From assembly GCF_036365525.1 (NCBI RefSeq), contig NC_090385.1, forward strand, positions 62,380,170 through 62,444,169: 64,000 nucleotides of DNA, given 5' to 3'. A program made the position numbers and the translations under genes. Numbering within the stretch: the stretch's first letter is position 1; every line of letters begins with the position of its first letter. Under the pieces are notes generated by a model. That model saw only the letters and a list, made by a program, of their open reading frames with translations, ran no database searches and was not told the origin of the DNA. Positions 47,751 to 61,568 of this stretch are shown in pieces. Source of the DNA: Heterodontus francisci. Lineage: Eukaryota.

Positions 47751-50700
47751 TCAGCCTCATCTTCAGTGTAAATTCAAGTGATGCTGAGTAAAAACACTCT
47801 TATTGTACAAGATTGCTTTCTTGCAAGGAATTCTCCATAGGAATCATCTTCACCCTGCCTAAGAAATCACCATGTTAGAAGTGACATGACCTCTAACCTT
47901 CAATGCTGGATCGCACCTTTCCAGAGATTAACAAAGTATATCTCGATATTGCAAAGTATCCTGCGCACTCCAACGTTGATTTCCTGGACTCTAAATTTGT
48001 ATGCCTAAACCCAACTAGACATGAGTGTTTAGATGTGCCTTGATTCCTGTACCAGTCTCTTGTTCCCAACCCACCATACAGAACAGTAAGCATTATTGTT
48101 ATGCTGATAAGTTTATAAGATTGAATTTGGTGGGGTCAGCCTATAGAAAACATCTGTGCAGTGCTGCTCCCTCTATTGTGGATAAAATCCTAAACTGACG
48201 GAGTCAGAGGGGAGACTGGTATTGGCAACCTTAATATTTATGTTAAACTAAGTTTAGGAATGTATCAAATACAGGCAGTGGTGCTGTAGAGTCAAGGTGA
48301 GTAGGACTGAGCTTTTGCATAAATCAGTTTTGCCAGGGCCCTTAATTTATAAAACTAAGTTTTAATTGTCCCTTTTTATAAAGGGTTTAGGAATGTTCTT
48401 AAATTGAGAATATTCAGAATATTTAACAAAATGTATTAAAATACGCTAATTTAGTGGTGTCAGAAAAACTCGACTTCATGACATTGCCAGTACCCGCTTT
48501 GCTGGTGCCACCTCTCTATGTGCAAAAGTAATCATCAAATGCACTGGGACACTGTGATCAGCTTCACTATGGAATGTTTTTGCATGGGACTTAGTATGAA
48601 ATGAGAGTGGAAGCATTCCATGAACATCTTGATGTGCATTCAAACATTAAATAAGGCTCTGTAGTGAAGCAAAAAGGAACAGAGTTTAAGATTCTTGATT
48701 ATGGAGGCTTAATGTGTCTGATTAGCGATGCGACAATTGAGAGAAGCTATATCCGACGCTACATGCACAAACTACCTGTTGGGCTGTGTTTTGTAGAACA
48801 GGGTCCATCTTAGCATTAACCTGTTCTAGGGACAGGTTTTCTTTATCTTTTTCTTGAAAGAGGCACAAGATATGAGGAAGGCTATTTGGCTCATCTTATC
48901 TATCCTTGCTTATCACAGAATCCAGCTGCTTCTCACTATTGTATCCAGAAGCCCACCGCATGTGCTGCTTATTCTGTGTGAATTTCCTGACAGCAGACTA
49001 CAATACCACAGTCAGACAACAGATTCTCCCCACAAGGAAACAGCTGCTTTGGAGCACATTATTTTCATCTATTTCGATTCAAACTACATTTCCAGACCCC
49101 TTTCCACTAAGGATGAATGCCATTAGCAGAGAAGACAAATATTGCAAGAATTACATCTTGTTCAAGAGGCTGCAACTCACTAAGGTTTCTTCAGACATAC
49201 CTCTCAAACCCAAAACCTCTACCATCGAAAGACAAGTGCAGAAGGTGCATGGAACACCACTATCTTCAAGTTATACACCAGACACAGTTGGATATGTATT
49301 GCTGTTCCTTGTCACTGGGTCAAAATCCTGGATTTCCCTACCCAACAGCATTTTCAGAGCACTTCCATCATCTATTGTACTTCAAGCAAGCTGACAATCA
49401 CCTTAGGTTAACAAATGGCAGCAACGCCTAAATCCCCAAAACAAATTCGGGACCTGCCTGTAAATCCTATGTAATAGTTTTATCTAAATATCCTTTCCAA
49501 AGAAAATCTAAGAATTGCCAATTGTCAAAACTTTATCCCATCAACATAAGCCTTGTGCACCAGTGCTTTGATTAAAGATTCTCTAGGCCTGATCAAACCT
49601 CTTCAACAGCCACAATGACCAATGTCTAGTTGCACAGTAGATCCTATGAGTTCTCCTCGGCCAGAGAAAGCAACAAGTGAAATCTTACTGTGAGGAGGTT
49701 GGAATAGTGAGTCAAGAAGCAGGAGGCATCAGGGAAAAGTGCCCCTGCCAGTTTCTCACACGAGGATGTTTGGATCCCTGAGCCCATTAAGTATTTATCC
49801 AAAAGGGAAAAAAAAATAATGGGGAAAGAGACTATTTGGATAGCTCTACCAAAGAGCCAGCACAGGCACTATCAGCCGAATGGCTGCCTTTTGTGCTGTA
49901 CTATTCTGATTTTCTCCACCCCTTCCCAGAGGAGGGAAGTACGATTGTGTTTTTACTGTACTTGATTTTGGCTTTGTTTAGGCCACCTGTTACCATCCCA
50001 GGGACTACCTCCAAGATCTACTGGTACTTCTTATAGCTCACTGGGGTCACATGTAAAAGGAGGCTATAATAAGGTCTCCTGCCAGCCCAGTGGCAACCCT
50101 ATCAGAATATCATATTTACCACAGTCCAAAAACTTCATACAGGACTGCAGCAATAACTTCACAGCTTGGCTATTGTCTACATCAGGTATTAGGTAGCACC
50201 TGATTAAATGCAGGACCCACATTTGTGAAGCTTGGCACGAGATTGTCTTTATGCATGGATATGGGCTCTTGCCATGATTGGGATATTGATAAATACAAAA
50301 GGCAATGAGATACACATTTACTAAAACTGCTTTATGGAGCATTTTCTCCATACCAAGTTATCAGAGTAGTGCATTCTTTTTCAAGAAACAATACAATTCC
50401 TAAAGTACAATCATAAGGTGAACATAATGTAAATAGGAGGCACAAGATGGCAAAACATTCAGTAATGCAGATATTTATATTAAGTGAGAGAACTTGGTGT
50501 ACATTTAAAAATAAATCTATACATACATGAGATTTTAATGTAAATTATCAATAGTTTCTCAAATACATCAGATGGCAGGCCACAGCACTGCCTTCACCTT
50601 GGGAGACATATAAATGCATTACAATACCATATACTATTGCAACATACTAAGATGCCCTCCAGCTGCATTTTAACTTCAAATCCGGGAAATAAATCTAACA

Positions 50701-51845
50701 AAATCACTAATGCATTAATTTTTCCAACAAGCAAACTGCTTCTTAAAAAATATTACCTTTTAGATATAAAGACAAGCAAATACCAGTTTAAAGTGAAAAA
50801 AAAACTGAATTGTACTTCCACTGAATGAATATACAGTTTGCAGTTGTAGCAGCCCCCACCCACCCCCAATCACATCCCATTATATTTACTTGTGAACAGG
50901 ACAGAAACGTAACTGTAGTGGTGGGGTAGAAGAAAATAAAATTTACACAAATTTTTAACACTTAATTTGAAAGGCTTTAGATTTTTTAGAATCAGTGATT
51001 GAAGACTAGGACACATTCTGTACACTTACTGTAGTGATCCTTCCCCTTCACGCAGAGGTTTTGCCAAAGAATCAGGAGAAAAGGGCACATCAATTTTTGA
51101 AGGAAGATTCCCCATTTCAGGTCATGTATTGCTATGACTAAATAACAAGCGTCTTCAAAAATATGCTGGTAAACTTTCTTATTCTATGGTAGGTTACGGT
51201 CTTCAACTTAGGAATTGTAATTAGAGTTTAGTGGGCAGATGGAGGTGCAGATATAGCTGTCCTGTGGACTTAAATGTTACTTCATTTTCTCAAATTGAAA
51301 CCAATTCCCAGACAGGTAATAAATTAGCAATGCAAACATTTAAGCTCCCCATAACAGAACTTACATTTCAATCCAAGTTCAAAATGGAGATTTCTTTTGG
51401 GGGGAGGGGGACGGACAAACAACCGACCAAGGACATAAAATGCACTATGCCCACTATGATGAAAGTGGCAATATTTATATTTTTATCAATTAGTAAATGA
51501 GAAGTTAAGTACTAGAAACTCACCGATGTTCAGTAAAACAAATCTGAAGAATTTAGGTCAGTGAAGAATTATTTTTGAAGTCCATCCTGAGTAGTGCAGG
51601 CAAAAAATACCATTTGCTCTAAGTGAATAGCAGGTTTTGTTCTTTTAAAAAGAGCAAATTCACTGGTTCATTCAGAAAGCTGGTGTGTAAATGTATAAAA
51701 GGAGTACGGGTTTTATAAGCATTCACCAAAAATACATGTTACTGTCCAACCTTCCATTCTCAAGTAGCAAATGGAAATTTTTAACTTAACCTGCTTAGTG
51801 ACTAGGTAGCTTACTTATAAAGTTACATTTGTTTTTTTTTTAAAA

Positions 51846-52235
51846 AGACAAACTTGCATTTACGTAGCACCTTTCATGCTGTCAGAAGCCCCAAGCACTT
51901 CACATCCAATGAAGTACTTTTGAAGTGTAGTCAAACACAACAGCAAAATTTGCACATAGCAAGGTCCCATAGTCATCAGATAATCTGTTTTAGTTATTCT
52001 GGTTGAGGGATAAATACAGGCCAGGCCACCAGAACTCCCTTGCTCTTTTTTGAATAGTACCACAGGTCTTTGATGTTTACCTGGGAAGGAATACAGGGCC
52101 TTGGTTTAATACCTCATCTGAAAGACGCCATCTCCACCAGTGCAGCACTCCCTCAGAACCGCATTAGTGTCAACCTAGATTTTATGCTGAAGGCCCTGGA
52201 GTGGGACATAAACACATGGGCTTCTGACTCAAAAG
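51846..52235 (-). mobile_element. DeuSINE/SacSINE1-like SINE, near full length
   Basis: tRNA-like head (ttctgactc), Deu-like body, L2-type tail ccaatgaagtacttttgaagtgtagtc. Confidence 0.7.
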
Positions 52236-53330
52236 CGAGTCTTAGTTTTAGAAGCGGTGGTATAACAGTGCAAGTGTGTAAAAGGCAAGGCATCATTAAA
52301 GCCAGTAATATGACAAACACAGCTCCACAGCAAATACATTGAATCAGAAATACATACAGTGCTTTTCCTTTTACCATGAGAACAGGGTCTTTAGGTCCCA
52401 GTGTTATGACTCCTTTATGCCTACTGCTGAAGCATAAGTAGTTATAACCCCTAGGTGTGCTGCAGCAATTGAACCATAAACATCAGGCTTTGGAAAGGCA
52501 TATGATGATTTGGTTTTGCTTATGAGCGACATGATCTGAAAACACTTATGGCAAAGCAATTAATAAGACAGAGAAGATACCCGAGAGTGACTTCAAAAGC
52601 TAGAACATAATCAAGATGCTCAAAAGACAAAAGCAAAACAAAAAAAAGTGTTCATAAAAAATCATCTTAGGCAGTCATTGAAACTCAACATCACATTGAA
52701 TTTGTCGATATATCCGTGTCATGCTGCCAATTGCAGCATGTGGTGTAGCACAAACACGCAGCATATGTTCCAGTCCTTCCAAAGTATCATTATGGGGAGT
52801 GCCCAGTCTTCATAAACATCTCAACATTTAGCAAATACATATTGTTAGAATTGTGTAGCATATAGCTCAACAAGCATGCAAACACAAAGGCAATGTCAGT
52901 TCAGAAGTAACACGTGGTGATAAAATATTCAACATGTCAAGTACTAGGTGTCAAGATTTTTATTCGATAGGGAAAGACCACTAGAATGTGAGATTATATT
53001 ATGAAGCAAGTCAATTTAAAATGCAAGTCCCACTCCTCAATCAGTGCAACCAACCATGCTATAATATTGTACCACCAATTTGATTACGGTTATTAACCAG
53101 GGCAAAAGCAAATGTTGATATTCTTCTGAGTCACATATTAAGAACAGTGAGGCCACGGAGTCAATTCAATAATGCAAATCCCCACCAGTACAGTATACTG
53201 AAACAGCACTGGCTGTGGGGTGCTCATACCCTACATACAAGCACATAAAATCTATCAGCGGTTTCAAGGCCAGGGAGGGAAGTAATAATGGAGTGTGGTT
53301 CTTAATCGAAATAACATCTTCAACTAATCC

Positions 53331-53408
53331 TCATGATGCAAGTCCAATTAGGAATCCACCAACAAACCCCCCAGTGAGGACGATATTCTTCTTCACAAAC
53401 ACAGTCAC
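53331..53408 (-). CDS. FUNDC2: FUNDC2 last coding exon: [25 protein letters not shown]
   Basis: cacag acceptor, 78 nt, TGA at 53331-53333; FUN14 C-terminus. Confidence 0.92.
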   Translation of the reverse strand: MTVFVKKNIVLTGGFVGGFLIGLAS

Positions 53409-53699
53409 CTGTGTGGAGGAGAAAGAAAGGATAGAATAGTTAGCATTTAACATTTCACAGCATCAATGGAGGAGCAAATGATACCCTAACTTGGAACAGG
53501 ACTCCGTGTTAAAGTTGTTCCTAAAACAGTGATTTCTAACAGGGTACAAACCATAAATTTATCTGATAGACATTGTAGGCAGCTGTAACAAGTACATACT
53601 TCATTTATTTTTGCATGCCAAACTTAATTTTTGGTTTGGCAGCATTTAATTAAACATAGCTTAACAATCAACTTTCAAATAAAAAAATAAACTCCTCAA

Positions 53700-54760
53700 A
53701 TATCATTAGGTTTACAGTAGTTTTGGAAAAGGACAAGGAACAATCAAAAGTGAAGATACTTAACTGGAAGAGGGCTAATTTCAATGGATTAAAAAAGGAT
53801 CTGGCCCAGGTGGATTGGAAACAAAATTGAACAGGTAAAACACTAATTGAGCAATGGCAGGCCTTCAAAGAGGAGATTGTTCATGTACAGATGAGACATA
53901 TTCTTTCAAGGGGAAAAGGAAGGTAGATGGCAAGGCTGAGGTACTAAATGAGTACTTTGCACCTGTCTTCACAAAGTAAGAGAATGCTGACGATGTCACA
54001 GTAAAGAAGGAGGTAGGATAAAAATTGGATAGGATAAAAATAAAAAGGTACTTAAAAGGTTGGCAGAGCTCAAAGAAGTAATCACTCAGTCCAAATGGGA
54101 TGCATCCTAGGATGCTGAGGGAAATAAAGGGGGAAATTGCAGAGGCTCTGGCCACAATCTTTCAATCTTCCTTGGATGTGAGACAGGTGCCAAAAGACTT
54201 TATGATTGCAAATGTTACACCTATTAAAAAGAGAGATGGATAAACCGGCACCTGGCAACTATAGGCCAGTTAGGCCACTTGTTCGTGGTGAGGAAACATT
54301 TAGAGACAGTATTCCAGGACAAAACTGTCACTTGGAAAGACGTGGGTTGATAAATGGCAGCCAGTATGGATTTGTTAAAGGAAAATCATGTCTGACAAAC
54401 TTGATTGAGTCCTTTGATGAATTAAGAGAATGTTGAGGAGAGCAGTGTTGTTGATGTGTATCTGGACTTTCAAAAAGGCATTTGATAAAATTTCACATAA
54501 TAGATTTGTTAGCAAATTTGAAATCCATGGTGCTAAAGGAGCAGTGACAGTGTGGATACAAAATTATCTAATGGGACAGAAAGCATAGTAGTGGTGAACA
54601 GTTGTATTTCAGTTTAGAGCGAAGTATATAGTGGTGTCCCCTAGGGACTGCTCTTTTTCATGTATATTAATCACCTAGACTTGGGTATACAGCAGCATAA
54701 TTTCAAAGTTTGCTAATGGAACTCAAATGTAAACAGCGAGGATAGTAGCAGACTTTAGGA
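53700..54760 (+). mobile_element. Degraded CR1 LINE ORF2 fragment
   Basis: LNEYFAPVFT, PGNYRPV, QYGFVKGKSCLTNLIESFDE. Confidence 0.8.
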
Positions 54761-55952
54761 AGTGGAAACTTCGGGACTGCTAAAAAGTGAGTCTGCACAC
54801 TTTCACAATCAGGATTGGGCTCAACTGTGATGCCCATCACAGTGAAATGGCATGCCAGCATACAGTGCCAAACATGGAAAATGAATGCCTGGACAAGTTA
54901 CTGGAAGATTAGCAATGCATATGCAACAATTATTCTGGCATGAAATCAGTGTGGTCAAGAGAAAAGGAGAGAAATTGGAAAGAAGAGATAAAATTAAATC
55001 TCTAGTGTCCTCAATTACTGCGGTAGGAGGGAGCCTTTTGAAGAATTAACTTGAATTAGTGTTTACTAATTCAGTCAACATGATGTCATCAAGTTTAAAA
55101 CAAAAGCTACTATAAATCTATAATGGCAAACATATTGCTCCCATCAGTACTCAGACCTTAAGTACTCCTGTTCTAGATCTTTGAATTTAAAACAGATTCA
55201 AAACCTTACAGCAATCTAATCAAGTCTGCCCATGGGATAAATATCCTCACTGTGCCTTATGTACCCATATTGTACATCAAACACAGATATATTTATAGCT
55301 CTCTTCCCCTCCACACTGACTGTGACTGAATCCAATTACACCACAATTATGGCATCATATTTTCCACGGCCTTTCTCTACAGAAAAAATGTGACCATATA
55401 ACAGTAACAGTTTATTTTTATATAATTGCTTCTTGTATGCAAGAAAACATCTCGGAGTACTTAATGTGGTGGGAATGACACTAGACAGAAGAGATTAAAA
55501 AAGTCAGGAACTGGTGGAACGGAACTCGACCGACACAGATCACTGACGATTTTTAGCAAGGTTGTGAGGACAGAGAGTTAACAGATTACACAATTAAAGC
55601 AACTTAAAGTTGAAACGAAAACTTGGATATTCCGGTCATAACTTTAAGAATGTTACTGTTCTTACAGAAACAAAAAACTAGTTGCCCAGCTTTATCAAAG
55701 CTACCATTTTGGAATCAGGAATCTAAACAAGGCTATTCCTGCTTTAGGTATAGTACACAGCTACAGTAACATATAATTTTTCTTATTTTTAGTTTAAAAG
55801 TCTTACTTATACCAAAATTAAAGCATGCAGCTCCATTAATACGATGCAACTGAAAAAACAAATACCAAGAGGGATTTGTTTTCACCACCTTAACTTTTAT
55901 TTAATGAAACTGTACTGCAATAAGTACACCACTCTTGTCATCATCTCCCTAC

Positions 55953-56081
55953 CTCATCAATTACACCATGTACTTCTGGAGTGACCTTATTCTTGCCAAT
56001 TTTCAACTGTTTCTTTGCCTTGTTCACATCTCTCTCCACTCGCTTCCAGTCAACAGTGATGTACCCTGTGTGATTGGCAAT
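55953..56081 (-). CDS. FUNDC2: FUNDC2 exon 4: IANHTGYITVDWKRVERDVNKAKKQLKIGKNKVTPEVHGVIDE
   Basis: 129 nt, ttccag acceptor and GTAGGG donor; the ANHTGYI and QLKI residues are FUNDC2-like. Confidence 0.92.
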
Positions 56082-56464
56082 CTGGAAGAAACAAAATAGA
56101 CCATGCCCACTTTTGAGGAGGCTCTAACAATCACAGTGTTCAGTGTTAAGATTCGCAGTACATTCTCCTAATGATAAGTGTATTATTTGGAAGGTGGCTG
56201 TATGCCTGTTTCTTGCCATACACTATCAATATAGTTTTTCTCTTCCTCACAATACCAAGTGGAAACAAGAATATGTTATGAGTAAGTTGGTTATCACAGT
56301 TTCCACAGCAGAAGTGAAAGTGGGCACCTTTTTACTTGTATTCTGGAAATTGGATTAATTTCTGTGCTCAACAGCACTCATTCTGCTCTCTCTAATGTAT
56401 ACGTGATGCCCTAATTGGTGCAAGTGTTTTACATTTGCATGTTTGTTGACTATCAGTCTAAATC

Positions 56465-57750
56465 TGGGCAGGTCATGCTTGACAAATCTTTTGGAATTCT
56501 ATGATGACATTACGAGCAAGGTGGACAATGGGGACCCAGTGGATGTGGTGTACCTAGATTTCCAAAAGGCCTTCGACAAGGTGCCGCACAAGAGGCTGCT
56601 GCATAAGATAAGGATGCATGGCGTCAGGGGTAAAGTATTAGCATGGATAGAGGATTGGTTGACGAACAGGAAGCAGAGAGTGGGGATAAATGAGTGCTAT
56701 TCTGGTTGGCAATCAGTCACTAGTGGTGTGCCTCAGGGATCGGTGTTGGGACCGCAATTATTTACAATTTATATAGATTATTTGGAGTTGGGGACCACGT
56801 GTAGGGTGTCAAAGTTTGCAGATGACACCAAGATGAGTGGCAGAGCAAAGTGTGCAGATGACTGTGAAACTTTGCAGAGGAACATAGATACATTGAGTGA
56901 GTGGGCAAAGGTCTGGCAGATGGAATACAATGTTAGTAAATGTGAAGTCATTCATTTCGGTAGGAGTAACAGGAAAAAGGATTATTACTTGAATGGTAAA
57001 AAGTTGCAGCATGCTGCTATGCAGAGGGACCTGGGTGTCCTTGTGCATGAATCGCAGAAGGTTGGTCTGCAGGTACAGCAAGTAATTAGGAAGGCAAATG
57101 GAATTTTGTCCTTCATTGCTAAAGGGATTGAGTTTAAAAGCAGAGAGGTTATGTTGCAGCTGTATAAGGTACTGGTGAGGCCGCACCTGGAGTACTGTAT
57201 GCAGTTTTGGTCTCCTCACTTGAGAAAGGATATACTGGCACTGGAGAGGGTGCAGAGGAGGTTCACTAGGTTGATTCCAGAGTTGAGGGGGTTGGCTTAT
57301 GAGGAGAGACTGAGTAGATTGGGATTATATTCATTGGAGTTCAGAAGAATGAGGGGGGATCTTATAGAAACATATAAAATCATGAAGGGAATAGATAAGA
57401 TACAAGTAGAGAGGATGTTTCCACTGGCAGGTGAAGCTAGGACAAGAGGGCATAGCCTCAAGATTAGAGGGAGCAGATTTAGGACTGAATTAAGAAGGAA
57501 CTTCTTCACCCAGAGGGTTGTTAATCTATGGAATTCCTTGCCCAGTGAAGTAGTTGACGCTTCTTCAGTAAACGTCTTTAAAGCTAAGGTAGATATCTTT
57601 TTGAACAATAAAGGAATTAAGGGATACTGTGGGAGCGCGGGTAAGTGAATCTGAGTCCACGAAAAGATCAGACATGATCTTATTTAATGGCGGAGCAGGC
57701 TCGAGGGGCCGGACAGCCTACTCCTGATCCTAGTTCTTATGATCTTATGA
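56465..57750 (+). mobile_element. Young 5'-truncated CR1 LINE, open RT frame, TSD TAAATC
   Basis: ORF 56443..57648 (YLDFQKAFD, GVPQGSVLGP, FADD); (tcttatga)n tail; TAAATC at 56459-56464 and 57751-57756. Confidence 0.93.
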
Positions 57751-58024
57751 TAAATCCAACTTGGAACCCTCAAAACTATCAACGATATTATTATTTATTT
57801 TTCTACAGGATTGAATTCTTAGACCAACAAATACATATATAAGCCCAAAAATATACATGCATTTGGTGCATGGGTTATGACGGACCACCACCAGTTTAAG
57901 TATTGACTCAGCTTTTCAGCCCTCCCCACAGTTGTTTGCTCTTCCTGAAGTTCCTCAGCTTGAGATATAAAGTAAATCACTCACAGAAGATTCTTGATTT
58001 ACCAACTCAATGACTGAGTCTCAC

Positions 58025-58100
58025 CTGGAGCAGGAAGAAGCCTCCACCAACTGCTGTTGCAGCTAATTTTCCAACCTTCTGAAACAGGAACCCCGCACAC
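58025..58100 (-). CDS. FUNDC2: FUNDC2 exon 3: (W)[25 protein letters not shown]
   Basis: 76 nt, ttttgcag acceptor and GTGAGA donor. Confidence 0.94.
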
Positions 58101-59161
58101 CTGCAAAAGAGAAGTGACATACGTTTAATATCATTTAGAAATTTACGCATCACAGCAGGAGTGTAACTAACACAGAAACCAAGGGAATACAGGTCTCTGT
58201 GTTGCAGAGGGATACAAAAATCGTAAATGTGTCTGAATGCAGTTTAGACCAATAGTATGAAAGAGTTAACTGACAGCATTAAGGACCCCAAGTGAAATGA
58301 ATTGAGCGTAATTACCCTAGTTCCTGTTGATCACATGAATCCACACCAACTATCCAAAGTTTGACACAAATTCGAAGCCTTATTCAGAGGTCACAAGGAT
58401 GGCTGGTATAGGAGGCGACTGAGGTTGAAATTATTCCACATTATTGGGCACTTTACCTGGGAATGCTTGATGCTGACACTAAATACAAAAAGTGGGAAGT
58501 GTTCCATTGTCAGTACTAAAATCCCTAGTCTTGAAACCACTCCTCTTCAGCTAGAGATTTGGAATGTTTTAAATACTTACACTAATGGAAACTGCTAAGA
58601 GCACACCAGGACAAAAATTAAAAGATATTTTGTGTATTAAAAGTGATTTAAGGAATAGCCAGGGACACTCAAATAGGAATGAAGAGTCACAGTTTTATTA
58701 AATACTCGTTCCATTTTATTCAGGCAGCCTAAAACTGTTTGAACTGCCTTGATCTTCATTTCTTTGGTGCAGATCACAATGGAGGTGATACACCAGTCGC
58801 TTTCTTCAATGTTATGTAGACTTACTTAAAGGCATGTTACTGCATTACACTGAGAATTCATTCACTAGCATACTGCAGTCAAAAGGAAATTCTCCCATTT
58901 CACTTTGCAGTTAGAATGAATTTATGTGGGTTCTGTCTCAATGTTTCTTAAAAAGTAAGTAACCTCATCTGGCAACAATGATACTTCTTTAGAATTTGCT
59001 TGTGTTAATCTACTACCAGAGGATAACATGAGCTTTCCAATACAATGTGCAGCATCGCATCCTCTGTCCACTCTCTCTTCTCAAATTTTTTTAATGTGAT
59101 ACACAATGAGCAAAAAATAAAACCCTCTACTTAAGGTCAATATTAAAAGTGTAAAGCTTAC

Positions 59162-59318
59162 CAACCACTGGCTCCTCCAATCATCAGCTGTGTTGCTACT
59201 GTATATTTCTCAGCAATTGGCCCAGAATTTCTTCCAAAGAATCGATTCCACCATCTTTGTCGTTTGGCATATTCAGCCAAATCTAACACCTCAAACTGGC
59301 CATTCTCATTGCCCTGTT
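59162..59318 (-). CDS. FUNDC2: FUNDC2 exon 2: [51 protein letters not shown](W)
   Basis: 157 nt, tttctag acceptor and GTAAGC donor. Assigned to FUNDC2 rather than FUNDC1 by synteny with CMC4/BRCC3 and diagnostic residues; exon 1 not found in the window. Confidence 0.9.
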
Positions 59319-61279
59319 CTAGAAAGAAACAATAAGATTTCAGTTTTTTTTTGTAGAGCACATCCAGATATGTCATCCTCTATCTGTGTTATATTCTTCC
59401 ATTAGAATGATGGATGAACAGGTAGCAACTCTTGATAGCTGCTGTCCTCCCATATGCATGTTATTGGATGGAAGTCATTGGTGCAGATACCAACATTGCA
59501 CATTCTACCAATCATTCTGAACAATGGAAGCGAGTGCCACATGATGTTACTCCTCAGATCAACAGGTATATCCTTGCATGGTGTTCAGATTTAATACTTC
59601 CAGAAAATCACTATATTAGTGTGTAAATTTACAACATGCCCGTAAGATAATTTGACCTAGTGATTCAGACATCTTGGTAGGGTACAAGAATGCTGCAACA
59701 GTGCATTGCTCTCTCCTTTTTTTCTTCCCTTTTAATATTGCCTGGCTTTCTCTCCATCATGGTGCATTGTACAAAGACTCTTACAAATGGGCCTAAAGGC
59801 ACACTTGCTCCTGGACCCAAAAATATTGGGAACATTTGAAGGCGCAGTATCCCAACATATACATTTGGAAAAGCTAAAACCAACTCGGAGGTACAAAAAC
59901 CATATTTTTTAACTTCCAATAATGCTAAAACAATGCACATTACTTAACAATTGATTTGAGAAGTGTTTGCATAGCAGAACATGGTTGAGTCACAGTTCAG
60001 TCCTCACTGGAACACCTGACAGAACCTCACTGTGGCAGTTACAGGCACAGCAAACCAGTTTTCTTTTTAAATAGGAGGTATGCTAATTGACAGCCAACAA
60101 AACCCAAACCTTAGTGGGTACTCTTGCTCTGAATAAATTCCCCATGATAAGTTATAAATAGTAATATATTGCACTGTGCATCATAGTGATTGCAAAAGAG
60201 CCACTGGTTATTGAATCCAGGACAGCACATCACTGAATACAACCAGGGATAATGTGAACATGCCTATCAAATACACTATGCAAGAATTTATTTTCAGTTG
60301 CATATTTTTAACTCTGATCTTTTCAAAGTTTTCAAACCAAAACACAAAATGATATCACTAGAGAAACACAAAGAGCCACAAAGGACAACTCGGAGACAGT
60401 CACATTTTAGATCTCAGTTCAGAAATGCTGATGGGTTATCAGCTGGGATATTTGCAGCTAATTTTTCTTAAATTGTTCTTGCAGTTTGAGGACACAGACA
60501 CAGCTAGGGTATCATGATATGTCACTATTTCACTTTGCCACTGAATGGTAGGACAACAAAAATAATTGAGGTCACTAACACAAAACAGAGATGTGGAAGA
60601 TTGTTATTCAGTAAAACGGCTGAACAAGCAAAACAAAAATAATGATGCAATTATACTTATTGGTCAGCTGGTAATATTTATATTTTAGATAGGATACCAC
60701 TAAAACTAAGTGAGCCTGAGGTGCAGTGACCCTATAATCTGCATGTAGTCCATTCCATTTTTAAGAGTTCACAAACAAAACTTCTGTCTCAAATCATTTC
60801 AGCCTTCTGAAGCGAAAGATCATACATCAGGATCCAAGAAGATCTGATGATCCTGCTTTTAAATCCTAAACACCCACATCAGCTGTCACTTTTCAACAAG
60901 CTCAAACCATGAAAGGAATGCTTACAGGATTTCAATTCAGCAACTGTAAAGTGACAGACATTAACAGCTGCTTTTTGTACTATCACACAAAGTGTATGTT
61001 ATCAAATGAGGGAAGGGTGAAAAAGTTTCTTGGGACATTCTTGTGTCAGCTCCAGAATTCCTTCCAAAAAAAGTACAGTGCTCCTTTTATCCCCAAACCA
61101 ATCCTCCCTTTATCCTAGTAGTACCCAGTATTTCCCCATGTGCCCATTTTAAAGCAGATGAGGAAAACAAGTGTTGGAAACAAGACAACAAGGAGATGAT
61201 TAAAACCAATTCCAATCCTTTGCTCTTTAAAATACAGGTCATCCAGCAGCCATCAAGATCAGTAACCCTGGCCGACTTT

Positions 61280-61450
61280 TCGCCCTTAACCAGAGCACTA
61301 AAATTGTAATCAGACAAAAATGGATGCTGAGCCAAACTAGGACATGTTAGAAGGATGATTAAATGCTTGATGAAAGAGTGAGGGGTTTAAGGGAGGAATT
61401 CCAGAGTGTGGGGCCTACATAACTGAAGGCACAGGTCGACAAGAGGTCGA
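61280..61450 (-). mobile_element. L2 LINE 3' fragment
   Basis: AFSYVGPTLWNSSLKPL in ORF 61359..61592; similar to the 3560-3720 region. Confidence 0.6.
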
Positions 61451-61568
61451 GGGGAGGGGGGGGGGGGGGGAGGGAAGGGCGCGAGGGGGGGGGGGGGTGT
61501 ACTGTCAATGTGCATTGTAGTGCTTGATGTACTGTAAGTGTCCGTGTACCTATATATAGTGCCTGACC

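Noticed and set aside
48906-49394. 162-aa plus-strand ORF
   Set aside because: No recognisable domain or splice context; the 3' part overlaps a LINE tail fragment (VTGSKSWISLPNS).
52402-52448. TGTTATGAC...GTTATAAC mini-element resembling LTR termini
   Set aside because: Only ~47 bp, no terminal CA and no clean TSD; could be chance.
53331-59318. Calling the FUN14 gene FUNDC1
   Set aside because: Some residues are FUNDC1-like, but tail-to-tail synteny with CMC4 and the AEKY, ANHTGYI, QLKI and VKKN motifs favour FUNDC2.
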